From the NCBI RefSeq assembly GCF_018977255.1, contig NW_024704743.1, positions 23,624,001 through 23,688,000 on the forward strand: a stretch of 64,000 bases of DNA, in the 5' to 3' direction. The DNA is from Callorhinchus milii (lineage: Eukaryota). Below are positions 37,256-50,769 of the stretch, piece after piece (within the stretch, counting starts at the first letter, position 1; each line of letters starts with the position of its first letter). The position numbers and the translations under genes were made by a program. The notes under the pieces are model-generated. The model was given only the letters and a program-made list of their open reading frames with translations. It ran no database searches and was not told the DNA's origin.

Positions 37256-38091
37256 GAAAGAACCCACATCTTCCCGCTAGGCATTTGCCCACATAGTAAA
37301 AAGAGTGTCTCACATCACGCAACAGTTCAATCCAGATTTCAAGATTGAAAGGGCAGTGTTATCACCCACAGTATCACCCTAAGTGCTTTATCATCCTTTG
37401 ATTCATAAAATGAATTCTTTGAAAAATAATTCACAAGAGCATTTTGTTTATAGTCTTCACTCGCAAAACAGAGTACGTTTTGAGCATTCCCAACCAGGGA
37501 AAAGTGTAGGAAAACTTGAAAGAATTTATCCGAGATTCGGTGTGAAACATGCTTTGCACAAGTAGAAATCAACATTAAAAAGAACAACACAAAGGTCTTT
37601 CTTCTTCCTATTAACTATTCATCCCACCATTTTCATGCAGTTTAGAATGCATGATGTTATGAAGTCCATGCATTACTCTTCATAATTTATGGATATGCCT
37701 CTTGTGTCATACAACATTTAAAGAGAAGTGAAAAGCATTAGAAATTTCTCAACCTCTGTCACACAGTACATTAAATTAATGTGTGCACTACCTCCAGCCT
37801 GCTGTCAGCTGTGCTGACGTCTTCCCACATCCCCAGTTCCCCCGAAACCAATTCACAATCTATCGTGCTGTATAGATTTACATAAAGCATATTTAACATT
37901 TTTCTTTGATCATTTCTTCTCAGATGTGATATAGGTAGAATACATTAGGAAAATCAATGACTTCTTACCCACTTGTGGCCTCTGGTCACCACTTAATTAT
38001 CCAGTCAGCATAGTCGTTGGATATAAATTCTATGCAATGAATCTTCATTATGTATCCACTATTTTTCTCTGAAGGACTGTGTTCCAACTTG

Positions 38092-38380
38092 TAATAATCC
38101 TTGCATTTGGTAAAATGCCTCATCGTGTCATCGGAGCATCTCAAAGTGTTTCACAGGATACAATGTAAAGTATAGTCACTCAGTATTTTGTACATGAATG
38201 TGGCAGTCAATTTGCACACAGCAATATCCCACAAAAGGCTATGAAATGCATGACCACTTTTATGTGGGACCAGTTTACTGGGAGAAACTCCTGTCTCTCT
38301 TTGAGGAGTGCCATGGATCTTTAACTTTGAATTGAACAGGCAGCCAGGACTTCAGTTTAATATCTCATCCATAGAACAGG
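38092..38380 (-). mobile_element. Deu-domain SINE fragment
   Basis: SINE tail plus AGTGCCATGGATCTTTAAC...GTTTAATATCTCATCC. Confidence 0.7.
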
Positions 38381-38454
38381 AATAGAGCCAGAAGTGAGAA
38401 GACATTGGAGGGAGCCAAAGAGGATGACTCTCATCAAATGTAAAGATTATTTTC

Positions 38455-38795
38455 TATTTTATCTTGTCCACATTCAGCTGCAAGAAATTGAGGCTTATCC
38501 AGGCCTTGGTGTCCGAAAGGCAGGAGGATAGAACATCAGTAGATGGGAATCAAGGGTAGAAATGAAAAATAGATTTGAGTATCGCTCTGGTACATGTAAA
38601 CTTAAAGATATTTTGTGGTGATGTCACCAAGAGATAATGTATATGAAGAAATGGAGGGGACTGATGATAGAGCCCTGAGATACTCAAGTAGAATTGGAAC
38701 CAGAACAGTGCACTTCCACGGAGGTGGATGAAAGAGGAGAGGCAATTGAGGAGGATGGAATGGTTAACAGTGCCAAAAACAGCAGAGAAGTCAAG
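38455..38795 (-). mobile_element. Old L2 RT-core fragment
   Basis: Reverse gives VSQGSIISPLHFFIY..LGDI (PQGS motif) and LNFLQLNVDK. Confidence 0.65.
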
Positions 38796-40169
38796 TAATA
38801 CAACTTACCAGTGGAAAACATATTCATGAAAAGTGGAGAGTTAGCCTGATATAAGGGACTATATAATCAGTCAGAAAAGAAAGATCCAGGAGAATGTTAT
38901 CACCCCTCAGGGGAAGGGGGAATGCAAATATTTATCCCACTGGTACAGTACTTCAGCAAAGATGCTTTGACTTTATTTAAGTGCAAAGAGTAAGGATTCT
39001 TTCAAACTTAGCTACTCTGGATCTGTGGTAGTGAATTAGTCTAAGTATCCCATGATGTCAGGTCCGAAGAGATAACTGAATAGCCCCAAGTCATTCATGA
39101 TCCCAATGTCTCAATAATAGTAATGATTGCTGTGATGGTCTCTGTGCTTTATGGAACCCAGAATAGATTGACCTATGCATAAGTCAAGGATGTGTTGTAC
39201 TGTTCTCCAGCTCCACTGTAAAACCAGGCTCAAAAGGAACCTGCGAATAGATTACCCATTCCACCGTCTCATCCCCTGCCCTTCCTGAATCCAACCCTCA
39301 GCTTGGGTGCAAACCCTACACTGTCCAGAACCTTGGGTTGTCCTCCCAATGTGAAAGGTGCTATTTAAATGCAATCTGATCACAGCCCCTATGTTTGAAT
39401 TAACGCAGTGAACAGAGTAACCCAAGGTACAATAACAGAACAGAATTATTCTGCAACAAAGGTGTCTCTTCATCAGTCTTGTTCCCTACACAATTCCAGA
39501 CACACAACAGATGGGACCTTTCATAGACTTGTACAATTGTACAGAAGTGCTTTGTTTAAATACAAGGGCACAAAGCAGTCACTTTTGTAACTCTTAAGAC
39601 CTCAGGGGTTTAAACTCCAGCAGGTCAGAAGTGGGTCATATGTGAACTTCTCCACATGCCCTAACTTCAGCACAAAGTTGGATGAGCAAGAAACTAGTGA
39701 TAATTATGATGTATTGCATTTTTAACCCCAACTGAACACTGAGGGGGAGAAAGAAGAAAAAGATTGAGAAGCCAGACCAAGGTAGAGATAATGCGAGAGA
39801 GTGGAGGAGGAGCATAATGCTACTGAACTGATTTCTTCCTAACAAAAAGTTCAAAGTTTGAGCTCAGACTCAGTGTGACCTCACACTGTATTAAAAACTT
39901 CCTGCAACATTTCCTTCTACAAAACACAAATGCACCATCAGCTCTGGGAATGGACCTGACCAGCCATTTCCAATTCGTAGAACTGACAGCGGGTTCATGC
40001 ACTACAGGGAAGAGTATGGATTTTTTTTTAACATGGGATTCTTGTCAGTGACATGGAGGTCACAGTTTGAAACTTCCGTCAGAAACTAGAAATGAGCCAA
40101 GAAACATTCATTCTCTTTGCATCAAATGTTGCAAAACGGCTGCTGCTAAACCAAACCACAGATTAGCCA

Positions 40170-40410
40170 AGCAGGCTACGTTTGTTGGAAAAGCCCAATT
40201 TACTCATCCCGGAATCGGCCTTTCCCTCTCTCTCTCTTCCACCAGCAAAATTTGCTTTAAAGACCTATTTTTTCGACTGGGTATTCCCCACACTTTCTTC
40301 ATCTCCGTGCTTCCCCCCACCCCCACCATCCGATCTCCCAGCCAGTTCTGTGAAGTGCTTTTAGACGTCCTCCTGAAGTGAAAGATTCTATATACATGTT
40401 CTTGTTGTTT
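40170..40410 (+). mobile_element. Old L2 3' end
   Basis: TTAAAGACCTATTTTTTCGAC, 3' hairpin remnant and TTGTTG tail. Confidence 0.65.
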
Positions 40411-41714
40411 AGAGCAAGAAATTAGTTTGGTGCTCTTTCCCAACTACAGTTTTTTTTTCTCTCTTTGTGTCTTGATAAATCTCGCATCTAGTTTAGTTTA
40501 ATTTTAATTTAGTTTAGTTACTGTTCCTCTCCCCGGCTCTGTGCTGAGTTAGCAGATCTCAGATATTAGACAATGTAGGAGTAGTTTGGCTACAATTTGG
40601 CTTTTGAAACTGCACCACCGGCAGGAGGAAAAAGGCAGAGACACTTAAAAAAAAGACTCAAACACTCAAGGGGAGAAAATTGAGAAAGACAGAAGAGGAA
40701 AGATTTTTGTCCACATGAGCAGCAACATAACCATGAAGTCTACCAGTTTCTACAAGATGCCCAGACCACATTAATAATTTCCTGATACGGAATGAGAAGC
40801 CTTTTAACTTTTTTCTCTAGCTAGGAAAAAGCAATACTGTGCAGTGCTGTTGAAATTGATGTGTCTTAATTGAAAGCATTATTTTAATGTTGCAGAGCTT
40901 CATTTTAGTTTAATCAAATGCTTAGTCTTACACCATGGATGCTGGGATAACCCCATCTCAGAGATTTTACTGGTCAGTAAAAAGACTTGTGATAAATCCT
41001 GCCGATAAGTGGGTAAGAGAAAATGGGGGGGAAGAGGAAAGAGGAAAAAGTGTGTATCAATGCCTTTGTAAGTGCGCAGAGTATCAGCTGCTTTTATCAG
41101 TTTCAAGTGGAGAGCCATATTAACATTGCCAGATCGCATCATTGCGGAGGTGAAAACCATTGCACTGTGAAAATTTATAGCATAGAAGAAGGTTATTGAG
41201 CCCATCGTGCCTGTGCTAGTTTTTTGAAAGAGCTCCACACAAATCTAACCTCTTACTGGAAATTTGGCTTAAAAATTGTGTTACTTTTCAACACCGAGGT
41301 CTGAAAATTCAGGTTAAAGGCTGAACCAAGGTAGCACAGGAAGTCAAAAGAATCCCTAAATATAATGCATTATGTTCCAATTAGATTGTTCGAAGCTATG
41401 GGTAGTATGGTTACCCAACTGCTAGTGCAATATACTGCAGTGGAGGGAGATAGAATAAAGATGTGTGCCTTGGTTTCTTATAGCCAGTTCTTAGTCTTGG
41501 CTGTGCTGCTTGGGAGCAGGTGGATGGATGTCCCCTTCAATGGGATAGCTTCCTTCCAGCATAGAGCAGCTAGCGAGCAGACCGTCCGTCTCCTTACTCT
41601 TTGAGCCCGGGGAATAGTCCAGTCAAAGCTAAAAGGTTTGGGCAACCAAATCAAATGCATTAGAAATCGCTCCTGCAATAGCTGAGTGAGCTTATGCAGT
41701 GATGAGTTGGGCTT

Positions 41715-42040
41715 CAAAGACCAGAAATCTGCCGATTTTAAACCCTGAGTGCGCTGATCTCAGCTGGAATGGTAGCAAGGAGCTCTACAATTGCACCGGG
41801 TTAGGGAGGAAAGATCAAGCAGGATTCCCCACTCTCGAATTGCTACCCAAGGACCCCCACTGCTGGATAGTGTGCTTTTGTGAGTGTCATACAGTGACCA
41901 GAAGAGGGCTTGTGATATTGTCTCCCCCACCCACAATCACTGCCAGGGCTCACGCATGAACAAGAGCCACGAGGCTACCTGAGGGGACCCACATTGGCCA
42001 CAGGGAGTTGGACGCTTTCAGGTGACAAGGAGGGGAGAAC
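41715..42040 (+). mobile_element. AmnSINE2-like ancient SINE
   Basis: GCTGATCTCAGCTGG..CTACAATTG..GGGTTAGGGAGGAAAGATCA..GACCCCCACTGCTGGA..GGCTCACGCATGAA; related pieces at ~4830, 12690, 40530, 49425 and 53970(-). Family name from recall. Confidence 0.6.
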
Positions 42041-43714
42041 AACTGAAATAATTAAGAAAAAAAATGAACAAGTGGGGAAACTAATTTGATAAATGGAATT
42101 GTGATTGTGACAGATCTCTAAGCATTGCACTCTAACATAGTATTCTTTCCCCCACTGCTATATAACTATTGAATAGAAGAACTTTATTTACTATCAATAC
42201 TCCTATCAATTCTCTAGTTTTAATCAAATGCACTGCAATTTCACTTTGGCCTTGTTGACAGAAGCTCATCCCTCCTCATGTCAGCTAAGCACGACCCAAG
42301 CAGCTGAACCTGCTGTGACACTGCACCTCACCACAAGCTTTAATGGAAGAACACGCATCAGTTATTATCTGATTTGTGGCCAGGCTGGTGAGCTCTGTGC
42401 TTTGGATGAGTCTCTACATGAATTGAAATCAATACTATTAGAATATAATTTACTTCAGTGCAAAAAGCTGTGGTCTATAATGCTGTGTCTTCAGTGGATT
42501 ATAATTTGAACACCATACTGGGAAGCAAATCACACTTTAAAAGCAATGTTATTTGTGCAGCCTCTCAAAAAAATTAGGGTAGTGCAAACTCAAATACATT
42601 CTGCGTTTCATTGAAGTGTTTGGTAAAGCTTCCTTTATTTGCAAAAAAAAATGTGAATGCACAAATGCCTGTCCCATCGAGATACACCACTGGGTCATTT
42701 ACACGTGATGAGGCCGTGACCAAAAATAAAATGAGATTCAATTCATGAAGACAGGCCTTTTTGAGCCTGGAATGACATGGACAAAAGACATGCTTTGCTG
42801 GTAGCTCAGATAGAGCTTGAAAATGCTACACATCATGTTTATCGCTGAAATGGGATGCAGAGTTGTTTAAAATATGAGGCAAAGCCACAAGCTTTAATAC
42901 ACTTGAGATTCTGGTTTCTCGCAATAAACATGTGAAACATTCATTCGAGTCATAAGTAAATGTAATAATCCTCTACATCATTACTTCTTCCAGGCTTAGA
43001 ATGGAATAAGTTTCTGGGTGAGGGCTGTGGATCTGTACCCCAGCACATGTCAACGCTATGAGAAAATGAGGGACAAAAAAATGCTAGATAATGTGTCATA
43101 TGAGAGTCCGACATGATTTTCCCTAAAGCCACCAGGTTACACCAGAAGCACTCGTGCTCCTGAATCATCAAAAGCATAAGAAGTAGATTTCAAGAGAAAA
43201 ACGGTCCATCTCCTTGATATTGGGGTCCACTCTGTGGGTTGGGTTAACTATGTCCAAACTCATAATAGTTTATTTTACTTATGTTCCTTTTAACACATGG
43301 TTCAGGAATCCTTTATATTAATTGTTAATTGTGTATGTAAGGGAACCAGTATGCATTTGCATACATGAATCCAACCAGCAAAATTTGCTCATGAATAGTT
43401 AACCTAGAAGTTTGCACACATGTTAGCACCTTTCATGCAGTTAAATCTCTCAAGGAGTTTTACAGAGATGAAAGGTGGGAACCTGAACAGGATGGGAGAT
43501 GCATAAGAGAGAGATGACTGTTGTCAGAGTCAAAGAGGTTTTTAGAAGGGTTTTGAAAGGGGAGAGGGAGGGTACAAAAAGATTTAGGGTGAGAATTCCA
43601 GAGAGATAGTCAAAGTGGCTGAAGGCCCACCGCCTGATATGGAGTAGGCCAGAGTTGGCAAAAGGGAAAGAGTGGGCAGGAGATCAAAGAGGTGGATAGG
43701 ACAAGACAGGAGAA

Positions 43715-43878
43715 ACCAACTTCGCTTTTCAAATAATGTTATTGGATCTTCAACATCTACCTGGCAAAACAGGCAGACAGGACCTCGGTTTAAAGTCATG
43801 TCAAAAGGAGTGCACTTCCAACAATACAGTGCTCCCTCAGAACAGACCTGAGTGTCAGTCTGGACTGTGAGCTCAATA
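43715..43878 (-). mobile_element. Deu-domain SINE fragment
   Basis: GGATCTTCAACATCTACCTG..GGACCTCGGTTTAA..CAGTGCTCCCTCAG. Confidence 0.7.
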
Positions 43879-44557
43879 GTATGTCTGCAGCAGGATTAGA
43901 TCAGCAGTGAAATAACTCTTTTCCTAATGGGATTTGTTCTGAGATGACTGTGCATTAACGGCTGTTAAAACGATGCGTGCAGCTCTTCCATTTTTAATCG
44001 CTGGTCTTCGAAGCCCATGAAATGCTTTTTGTGTTGTAGGTGGTGTGTGCTTGGTTGAAACATTCACATATTTTGGGCAATAATCAAAAAAATAAAATTT
44101 GAACTTTTGAACTTATTGCCAAAGACCTCAAAGAGCTAATGCACCAGGGTAATATTATAAGGCCTTTTTATGGCGAGTGGCTAGCACCGTCTTATACAGA
44201 CTAAAGAGATTTCATAAATCATTCTTAACCTGACTCTTCAGAAGTCAGACAGCTGTATGGCAGTAATCGCTACAGCAGTGGGTGCATTTAATTCACCAGT
44301 CAGTTACACCCAGCTATTGACTGCAGAACAGAAATCCAAATGGGTCTTCAGGGTATTACAGCTGAGCCTAGCTTCCCGCAACACATACGCTCTCTTTTGA
44401 TGTTAAATGATTCCCTCTGTAATGTTCGAGCTACCGATAATATAGCCAGTGAATTCCTTAGGTGTTGAGAAGAGTCCTCTTGGTATTTCATGGTACAAGG
44501 AACATAATGAGCCTCACTGGCTCTTTAAATATAATAGCATTTTTTTCTTGCCACCTA

Positions 44558-44885
44558 TAATAATAATAATCCTTGCATTTGATATAGCGCTTTTCACGTC
44601 TTCTCGACGTCTCAAAGCGCTTCACAGAACAGACTGTAAAGTGAATTGACTGTACATTTGTAAGTGAAACTCGGCAGTCAATTCACACACAGCAGTGTCC
44701 CACAAATAGCCATGAAATTAATTACTATTTGATGTTCAGGGGGGTGGGAAGATTGTTTGCAAGGACACCGGGAGAAACTCCCTTCTCCTTTCAAACAGTG
44801 CCATGGATCTTTAAGGTCCACCCGAACAGGCAGATGGGATTTTGATTTGATATCTCTGAAGGACGGCACCTCCAACAATACAACA
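44558..44885 (-). mobile_element. Deu-domain SINE
   Basis: Well-preserved tail hairpin (44586-44621) and Deu domain (GTGCCATGGATCTTT..GAAGGACGGCACCTCC). Confidence 0.88.
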
Positions 44886-44979
44886 CATTATACAGGAGGG
44901 TCAACGTAAATTAAATAAGTTCACGGTACTGAAAATTCTGCTCAGTTTTAGAATGAGTTTTCTGGCTGCTCTCTATCCC

Positions 44980-45293
44980 AGAGTCCTGTAGCTCAGTGGT
45001 TAGAGCACTCGCCTCGCAAGCGAGAGACCTGGGTTCAGTTCCCATCAGGGCGAAACCTTGGACAAGTTTCCTTACTGCACACGCCTGATAATAATCCCTC
45101 AAGGAAAAAAACACAATAATAAAATTGGTCACTTCAATCCATGGCTGTTTGTGGGACACTGCTGTGCGCAATTGGCTGCCGAGTTTTGCCCACAAATATA
45201 CAGTTAATTCACTTTACGGTATATTTTGTGAAGCGCTTTAAAGCTGTGCAAAGCGCTAAATCAAATGCAAGGATTATTATTATTTATTATTAT
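44980..45293 (+). mobile_element. tRNA-derived SINE (young, internally deleted)
   Basis: TAGCTCAGTGGTTAGAGCACTCGCCTCGCAAGCGAGAGACCTGGGTTCAGTTCCC head and (ATT)n tail. Confidence 0.92.
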
Positions 45294-46074
45294 TGAAGAA
45301 TTGGAAAATTCACACTCTGGCCATTTCGGTTGGGTCAATCAGAAAATCTTGAACAAAACCTTGGTGGAGAACAGATTTGCTGCTTGTCCACCAAATAGTG
45401 ACCTTAAAAAGAGTCTAAAACTGAAAAAAAAATACAAGTTAAAAAGGTGCCTATTGACAAGGATCACTTGTTATTTTAAAATTCAACGTTGTATATATTT
45501 AATTCCGATGGGATTGGAGGGCAAAACTATTCTCTGGAATTCGGGGGTATGGCATGATTCACCTCCAAACCACTCATAAACTGGAAGATATCAATTATCA
45601 CAAATCCCCTCCGTTATAGGGAGGCAATATATGGGTCTACATTTATTTTATTTGAGGAGCTTACTGACAATTTCTTAAATGTGGCTTTAATATTAAAGCT
45701 GGCTCTCTGTAAGTTTTTCTTTCCTCAGACATGCAGATAAGTGGCTTAAAATCCAAGACTGAATTCAACAATTTGCCAAATTCCACATTCTCTGAAATGC
45801 TAGAGTGAATCTAGACCCAGGTGGGATTTCTCCCAAAAAGTTTTTTTTAAATATTGAATTAAATTACCATGCAATATTTGTAATTTTCAAACCTGAACAA
45901 ATTACAGTCAAAGTGTGTGAGAGGAACTCCAACCAGGAAAGCAAAACCTCTCCATGCAGCTACTATTTTTAAACAAAAAAATATAAGGCTATCCAACCTG
46001 TTCACAAAGAGTCACGTTACACTTTGGATCAACTGCAATCAATGAAACTTGAAACCTAGCAAGCTCAATGTGTG

Positions 46075-46432
46075 AGTCTGCCTCAGTCGGTAGCACTCTC
46101 GCCTGTGAGTCAGAAGGTTGCGAGTTCAAGTCCTACACTGGGACTTTGAATTCATGGTAGCTAACAATCCAGCGAAAAGCTAACAATCCAGTTTAAAGGC
46201 TGGGGAGCACTCCTCCAATGTCAGAAGTGAAACTTTAAACCAAGCTTCCATCTGCCTCTTCCGAGTAAAGATCCCATCCCACTATTTGACAAGAGAAGGG
46301 AGTTTCTCCCCCATGACCTGACTAATAATTGCCAAGTGGCTGCCTCGTTCACTCATTAGGAAATCTCAAGGGTTTTTAGACAATCCGACAACATAAGGTG
46401 CTGCATCAAATGCCAGGATTATTATTATTATA
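46075..46432 (+). mobile_element. Deu-domain SINE with tRNA head
   Basis: CTCAGTCGGTAGCACTCTCGCCTGTGAGTCAGAAGGTTGCGAGTTCAAGTCC; AAAGATCCCAT; tail. Confidence 0.8.
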
Positions 46433-47214
46433 TGATAAATCATGGTGTCTTGACCTGCATTACATGAACAAATCTGATCTTAGAAGATATTAGATAGACT
46501 CCCAATTTTTGACTCAAGAAGTCTAGCTAACACTGATGTGTAGCAAGCAGCCCTGGATGATCTATTCGTGTTTTTTAACTTTCCAAATAAAACTGAACCT
46601 ATTCATGTTACTCACAAAACAAACTCATTTGGCCTCAAGATGCCCCCAGGAATAACTGTGCTGGATTGATTGATCCTTCTACTTGTTGACTTTGCCAAGT
46701 GGCAAGACATCTGGCTCAGAGCAATCCTCCAGGTAAACTGGAGCAGCTTTCTGGAGACTGTTTGCAGTGACATTTCAATGTTTCATCATTTTCTTGTTTA
46801 TCTCCTTTGGAAAAAAAAGACCCGGGCAAATATCTGGTTAAATGCACGATTGAAGCCTATAAAGATAAGTGTAAACATCAATAATCAAGTACTCTAGAAG
46901 ACAGTGATCCCTGAACTGCTGGATTGAATAACGTTCATTGTAAAGAAATGTTGGGAATGAGAATAGGCTGTCAGCCCTTGACACTCAACCCTTCAGGGAA
47001 CTGGAATTTCATTTGACTACTGTAGAGGATCACAGAAAGCTCACTAGGTGAGGAGGGGGAAGTGGGGTGGTGCTGAGTATAGTAAGAGTGACCTCTGTTT
47101 GCCAATAAGTCACAAACTACTGTATTTATGGAACACATTTGATACACATTTTGCATACAGTTCACCATGATTTGCCAAGTAACTAATTATATTAAGAGCA
47201 TCTTATGTGGCATC

Positions 47215-47590
47215 TTAATTCAGTGATGGCACTCTCCCCTCTGATCCAGACCGTTTCCTGTGAATTTGAGCTCACAGTCTACAGTGACAGTCCAGTGTAG
47301 TGCTGGGGAGTGCTGGATAGTCATAGATGCATCCTTTAGATGAGACATTAAACTGAAGTTTTGTTTACCGTGTAGATGTTAGAGATCCTCTGACATTATT
47401 TGAAAATGGAAGGAAGTTTATCCTGGTGTCCTGGCTAACAACCCTCTGGATAAATTGGTTACTCACTTTATCTCTGTTTGTATGATCAAGATGGTACAAA
47501 TAGCTAATGTGTTTGCATACAAAAATGACTAAAAATGAAGCACATTGAGACACTTTGAAATGATAAGGCACTACAACAATGCAAGCTTGT
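47215..47590 (+). mobile_element. Deu-domain SINE (old)
   Basis: CTTTAGATGAGACATTAAAC..AGATCCTCTGACATTATTTGAA..GGTGTCCTGGCTAAC. Confidence 0.7.
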
Positions 47591-47948
47591 TCTCTGTCCT
47601 CCCAGTTGAGATCAACCATTTTATGGCTTAGCGTTACACTGACCAGCATGCTGGCCATTGGAGATGCTGAGTTTTTAAAATTCAGCGGAGTGAACATTTC
47701 GTAGTTGGTCTCCATGAGCCCCCATGTTTGGGCTGGACATAAATGGCGAGTGATTAATTGAATAAAGATTGACTCACCCAACTGTAACGCTGCATGGATG
47801 GTGCAAAATGGTGTGGTTGGTAAAGTAATCCATTTGTAGCATTTACTAGGGATTACCGTCTAGTTGAGTGAATTAGGTCACGAAAGACAAGATTTGCTGT
47901 GGGAAATCTGGAGATCACCTGTTGCATCAATAATTCTGCTTCTGTTCA

Positions 47949-47962
47949 GTTTCCATGGTGAC
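47949..47962 (+). promoter_or_regulatory. Candidate RFX X-box
   Basis: GTTTCCATGGTGAC, close to the GTTNCCATGGNAAC consensus, inside a locally CpG-retaining non-repeat region. Confidence 0.35.
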
Positions 47963-47972
47963 TGCTTTATAG

Positions 47973-48044
47973 GACGTCTTTTTTATGTACCGGGACAAGA
48001 CCGATGAAGAACCAAATCTGCTAATGTTCGATGTTTTCAAAGAT
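47973..48044 (+). CDS. Candidate 72-nt exon (DVFFMYRDKTDEEPNLLMFDVFKD), product unknown
   Basis: TGCTTTATAG acceptor and GTACGT donor; only the phase-0 frame is open; no homolog recognised. Confidence 0.25.
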
Positions 48045-49164
48045 GTACGTTTTTTTTCTTTTTTTAAAAATACGTATATGTACATATTATAGAGTGTATC
48101 TATAACAATTACAGGTTTAGTTGCATGCTTAAATAATTGAATGAGTTGCAGAAGGGCTTAAATCTACAGCAGTACGTCTCAGCCGAACGACAATGCAGAA
48201 TTATGTGAATAAAATTGTGAATAAAATGAATATGAATGAGTGAGAATGAGCGTGCTTTGAAAACAGAGTGGAGAGATAAACGTTGCGATACTTTTCGACG
48301 GCTGGAGGATGCTGAGGCTGTCAGCTCGAGCTTCACATTGCTCCTGATGCCTCGGAGCGTACTACGTGCAGGGCTTCTCTGCAACATGATTTCTTTATCA
48401 GACCACGTGAAACAAATCTCAGGGCTGTCTCTCCCTGGTCACATGCTTGCAAAATAACCCAAAGTGCTTTTTGTTTTCATATGGAATTGATTATACCTCC
48501 CCTCCACCAACCCGGTGGCTTTGGTCTTCAGGAGAAATCTGTTCATAACTGGGTGGGTTTTCCTGTAGAGCTGACATTTTGATGTACCAGAGGCAAGGTT
48601 TCATTTTGTTACTGCTGGATGTGATATTCTATGGTGACATTCTTTACAGGATGCAAGCAGCTCAGAGATGATGGGGAGGCGGCTGAAGTGAAGGATCCTT
48701 ATTTTCTTGTTAACCTACGAGTCAGCCAGCGAGGGACACCAGCACCTTTTTTTTTTTGACTTGCACTGAATCAGAAATTTTCGACGAAAAGAGATTGTAT
48801 TTTTCTGAACTTCATTAAGAAGCCACCGTGAAATAACTTGAGCCATAAAGATCAAGAAGTTCCCAGGTTGTTGGGAGCTCCGAGTTTGTCAGTTCCAGAC
48901 ATTGTAGCAGAAGGAATGTTTCCCTTCGCTCAGAAAACACCAGCTTTCGGGGTCGCTTTCTGAGGGGAAATAATCCCTCCTGCCCCCCAAAAAGAATTGA
49001 TCACTGAATTCAAGACTGTTTGTGGGACACTGCTCTGCTCAATTGGGTGCAGCGTATCACCCACAAAATACAGTCAATCCACTCTACAGTATATTCTATG
49101 AAGCGCTTTGAGACGTCTCAACGAAGTGATAATTTGTGTCACTGACCTATCTGCTTCACCATTG

Positions 49165-49400
49165 GCATGTGCGATTTCAGCCTTTTCCCCCCACTCTCTG
49201 GAACTCCATCCCTCCAGCTCGCTTCCCTCCCCCACCTCGTTCAACGTCCGCCTCAAGACCCACTTCTTTGACCACGCTTTTGGTCACCTTTCTTCCTCCC
49301 CATCCACTTTGGCTCCCACCTCCGGCTCAGTTCCTCAGCCAGTAAGCACCTTGGGACATCCTTCCCAATGCAAAAAGCGCTTTATAAAAGTAAAGCGTTA
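49165..49400 (+). mobile_element. L2 3' end
   Basis: PTLWNSIP..FNVRLKTHFFDHAF. Confidence 0.8.
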
Positions 49401-49424
49401 CCTCTATGCCGCTGAGCTTGAAAA

Positions 49425-49640
49425 GAAAAACATAAGCCAGGGCTCACACTGATGATTTTTATTCAGAGATCCCCTGCTGGTAGTACACTGTGTGAATGTC
49501 AGGTCAGGGCAGGAATAGGCTTGCCTGTGATGACCAGCATGGTCAAATAGCCTGCCAACATTCACTGTCTGGCCTCACACATGAAAAATGGCCTCTAGGG
49601 CAAGATACCTGAAGGCAACTGTCAACCATACATCTGTACA
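49425..49640 (+). mobile_element. AmnSINE2-like 3' part
   Basis: AGCCAGGG..CCCCTGCTGG..GGTCAAATAGCCTGCCAACATTCACTGTCTGGCCTCACACATGAA. Confidence 0.6.
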
Positions 49641-50769
49641 CCAGCATGAATCACTTGTCTTCAGGAAAAATGCGCAAGGGGTACAATTGGACAGGATGAA
49701 AGAGAGAAACAACCACAAATGAGGAGGTATTCTGAGAGTCTGTGATTTACATATAATATTCAGCAGTACAAATATTATAAACACATTCAGTTCAGCAAAT
49801 CTGAAATTTGAAAGCTGTGACAGGAAATTCAATAGAAAAGGTACATCTGGGTTTGTTCCAGTATCCCTTTCTACACAAAATGTATGATTGGAACTTTCTA
49901 TAAATATAAACACATTTGGAGTGTGAAGTGAATAGACTTGGATTTGAAAATTGCAAACCTGCTGCTCACTTTTTTATAAATAACTGGTTTCAAAAAAACA
50001 TATGCTGAAGTATCTCAGGCAAGGCAACAAGAACAGGTATTACTCCATAGAGAAGAGAAGACTGGCACTGCAGACTCTCTCCAGCATTAGATGCATTACT
50101 GTGAAGCCTCGCTCGATGACTTTCAAGACTGTTGAATGAACAGAACAACTCAAAATATACACCAGGGATTTATGCCATTTAAACATTTAGATTTCTCCTC
50201 CTATTTTTTTTAATGGATTTTATCTTCCTTTTTTTCCTTCCTGTCTTTAGATCTCTCTGTTGCCACATACCATTTCCTATGGCATGCAATTTAAATGGCT
50301 TTCCCTTCCCTATTTTAAGGCATGCCCACAGTTCACTCAAGCAGATTTTCATATTCTTAGAACTGCGTGATCTGTATCTCTCGCATTTTTATATCTTCAG
50401 CTTTTAACACAATATCATTTACAATTGGTATACTTTGCATAGCCTCTTACTATGCATTCATTCAGGTGACAGAAATTCGTGATCTGACACAATCTTTAGC
50501 CAAAATCATGTGCAGAGCAATTAAATTCAAAGCGTGAGAGATCATAATATGCCAAATGCAAAGACTACAAACTAGGAGAATAAAGAATAGACGTAGAATA
50601 AGTCTTACAGCAGTCCAAAGCTTGATCGAGGAACCGATTTTGTGACGAACTAGAATTGTTCCAGATCTGGTGACTTTGCTTTGGAAACCGGGCTTGCAGC
50701 TTGCGGGTCACTGGTTTTCCCCAGAAGCTGACAGTAATCACCAGCATACCCGTCGCAGAGCAAAGTATT

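Noticed and set aside
44985..45045. tRNA gene
   Set aside because: tRNA-like head of a SINE: it continues into the SINE body and lacks a complete acceptor stem and a Pol III terminator.
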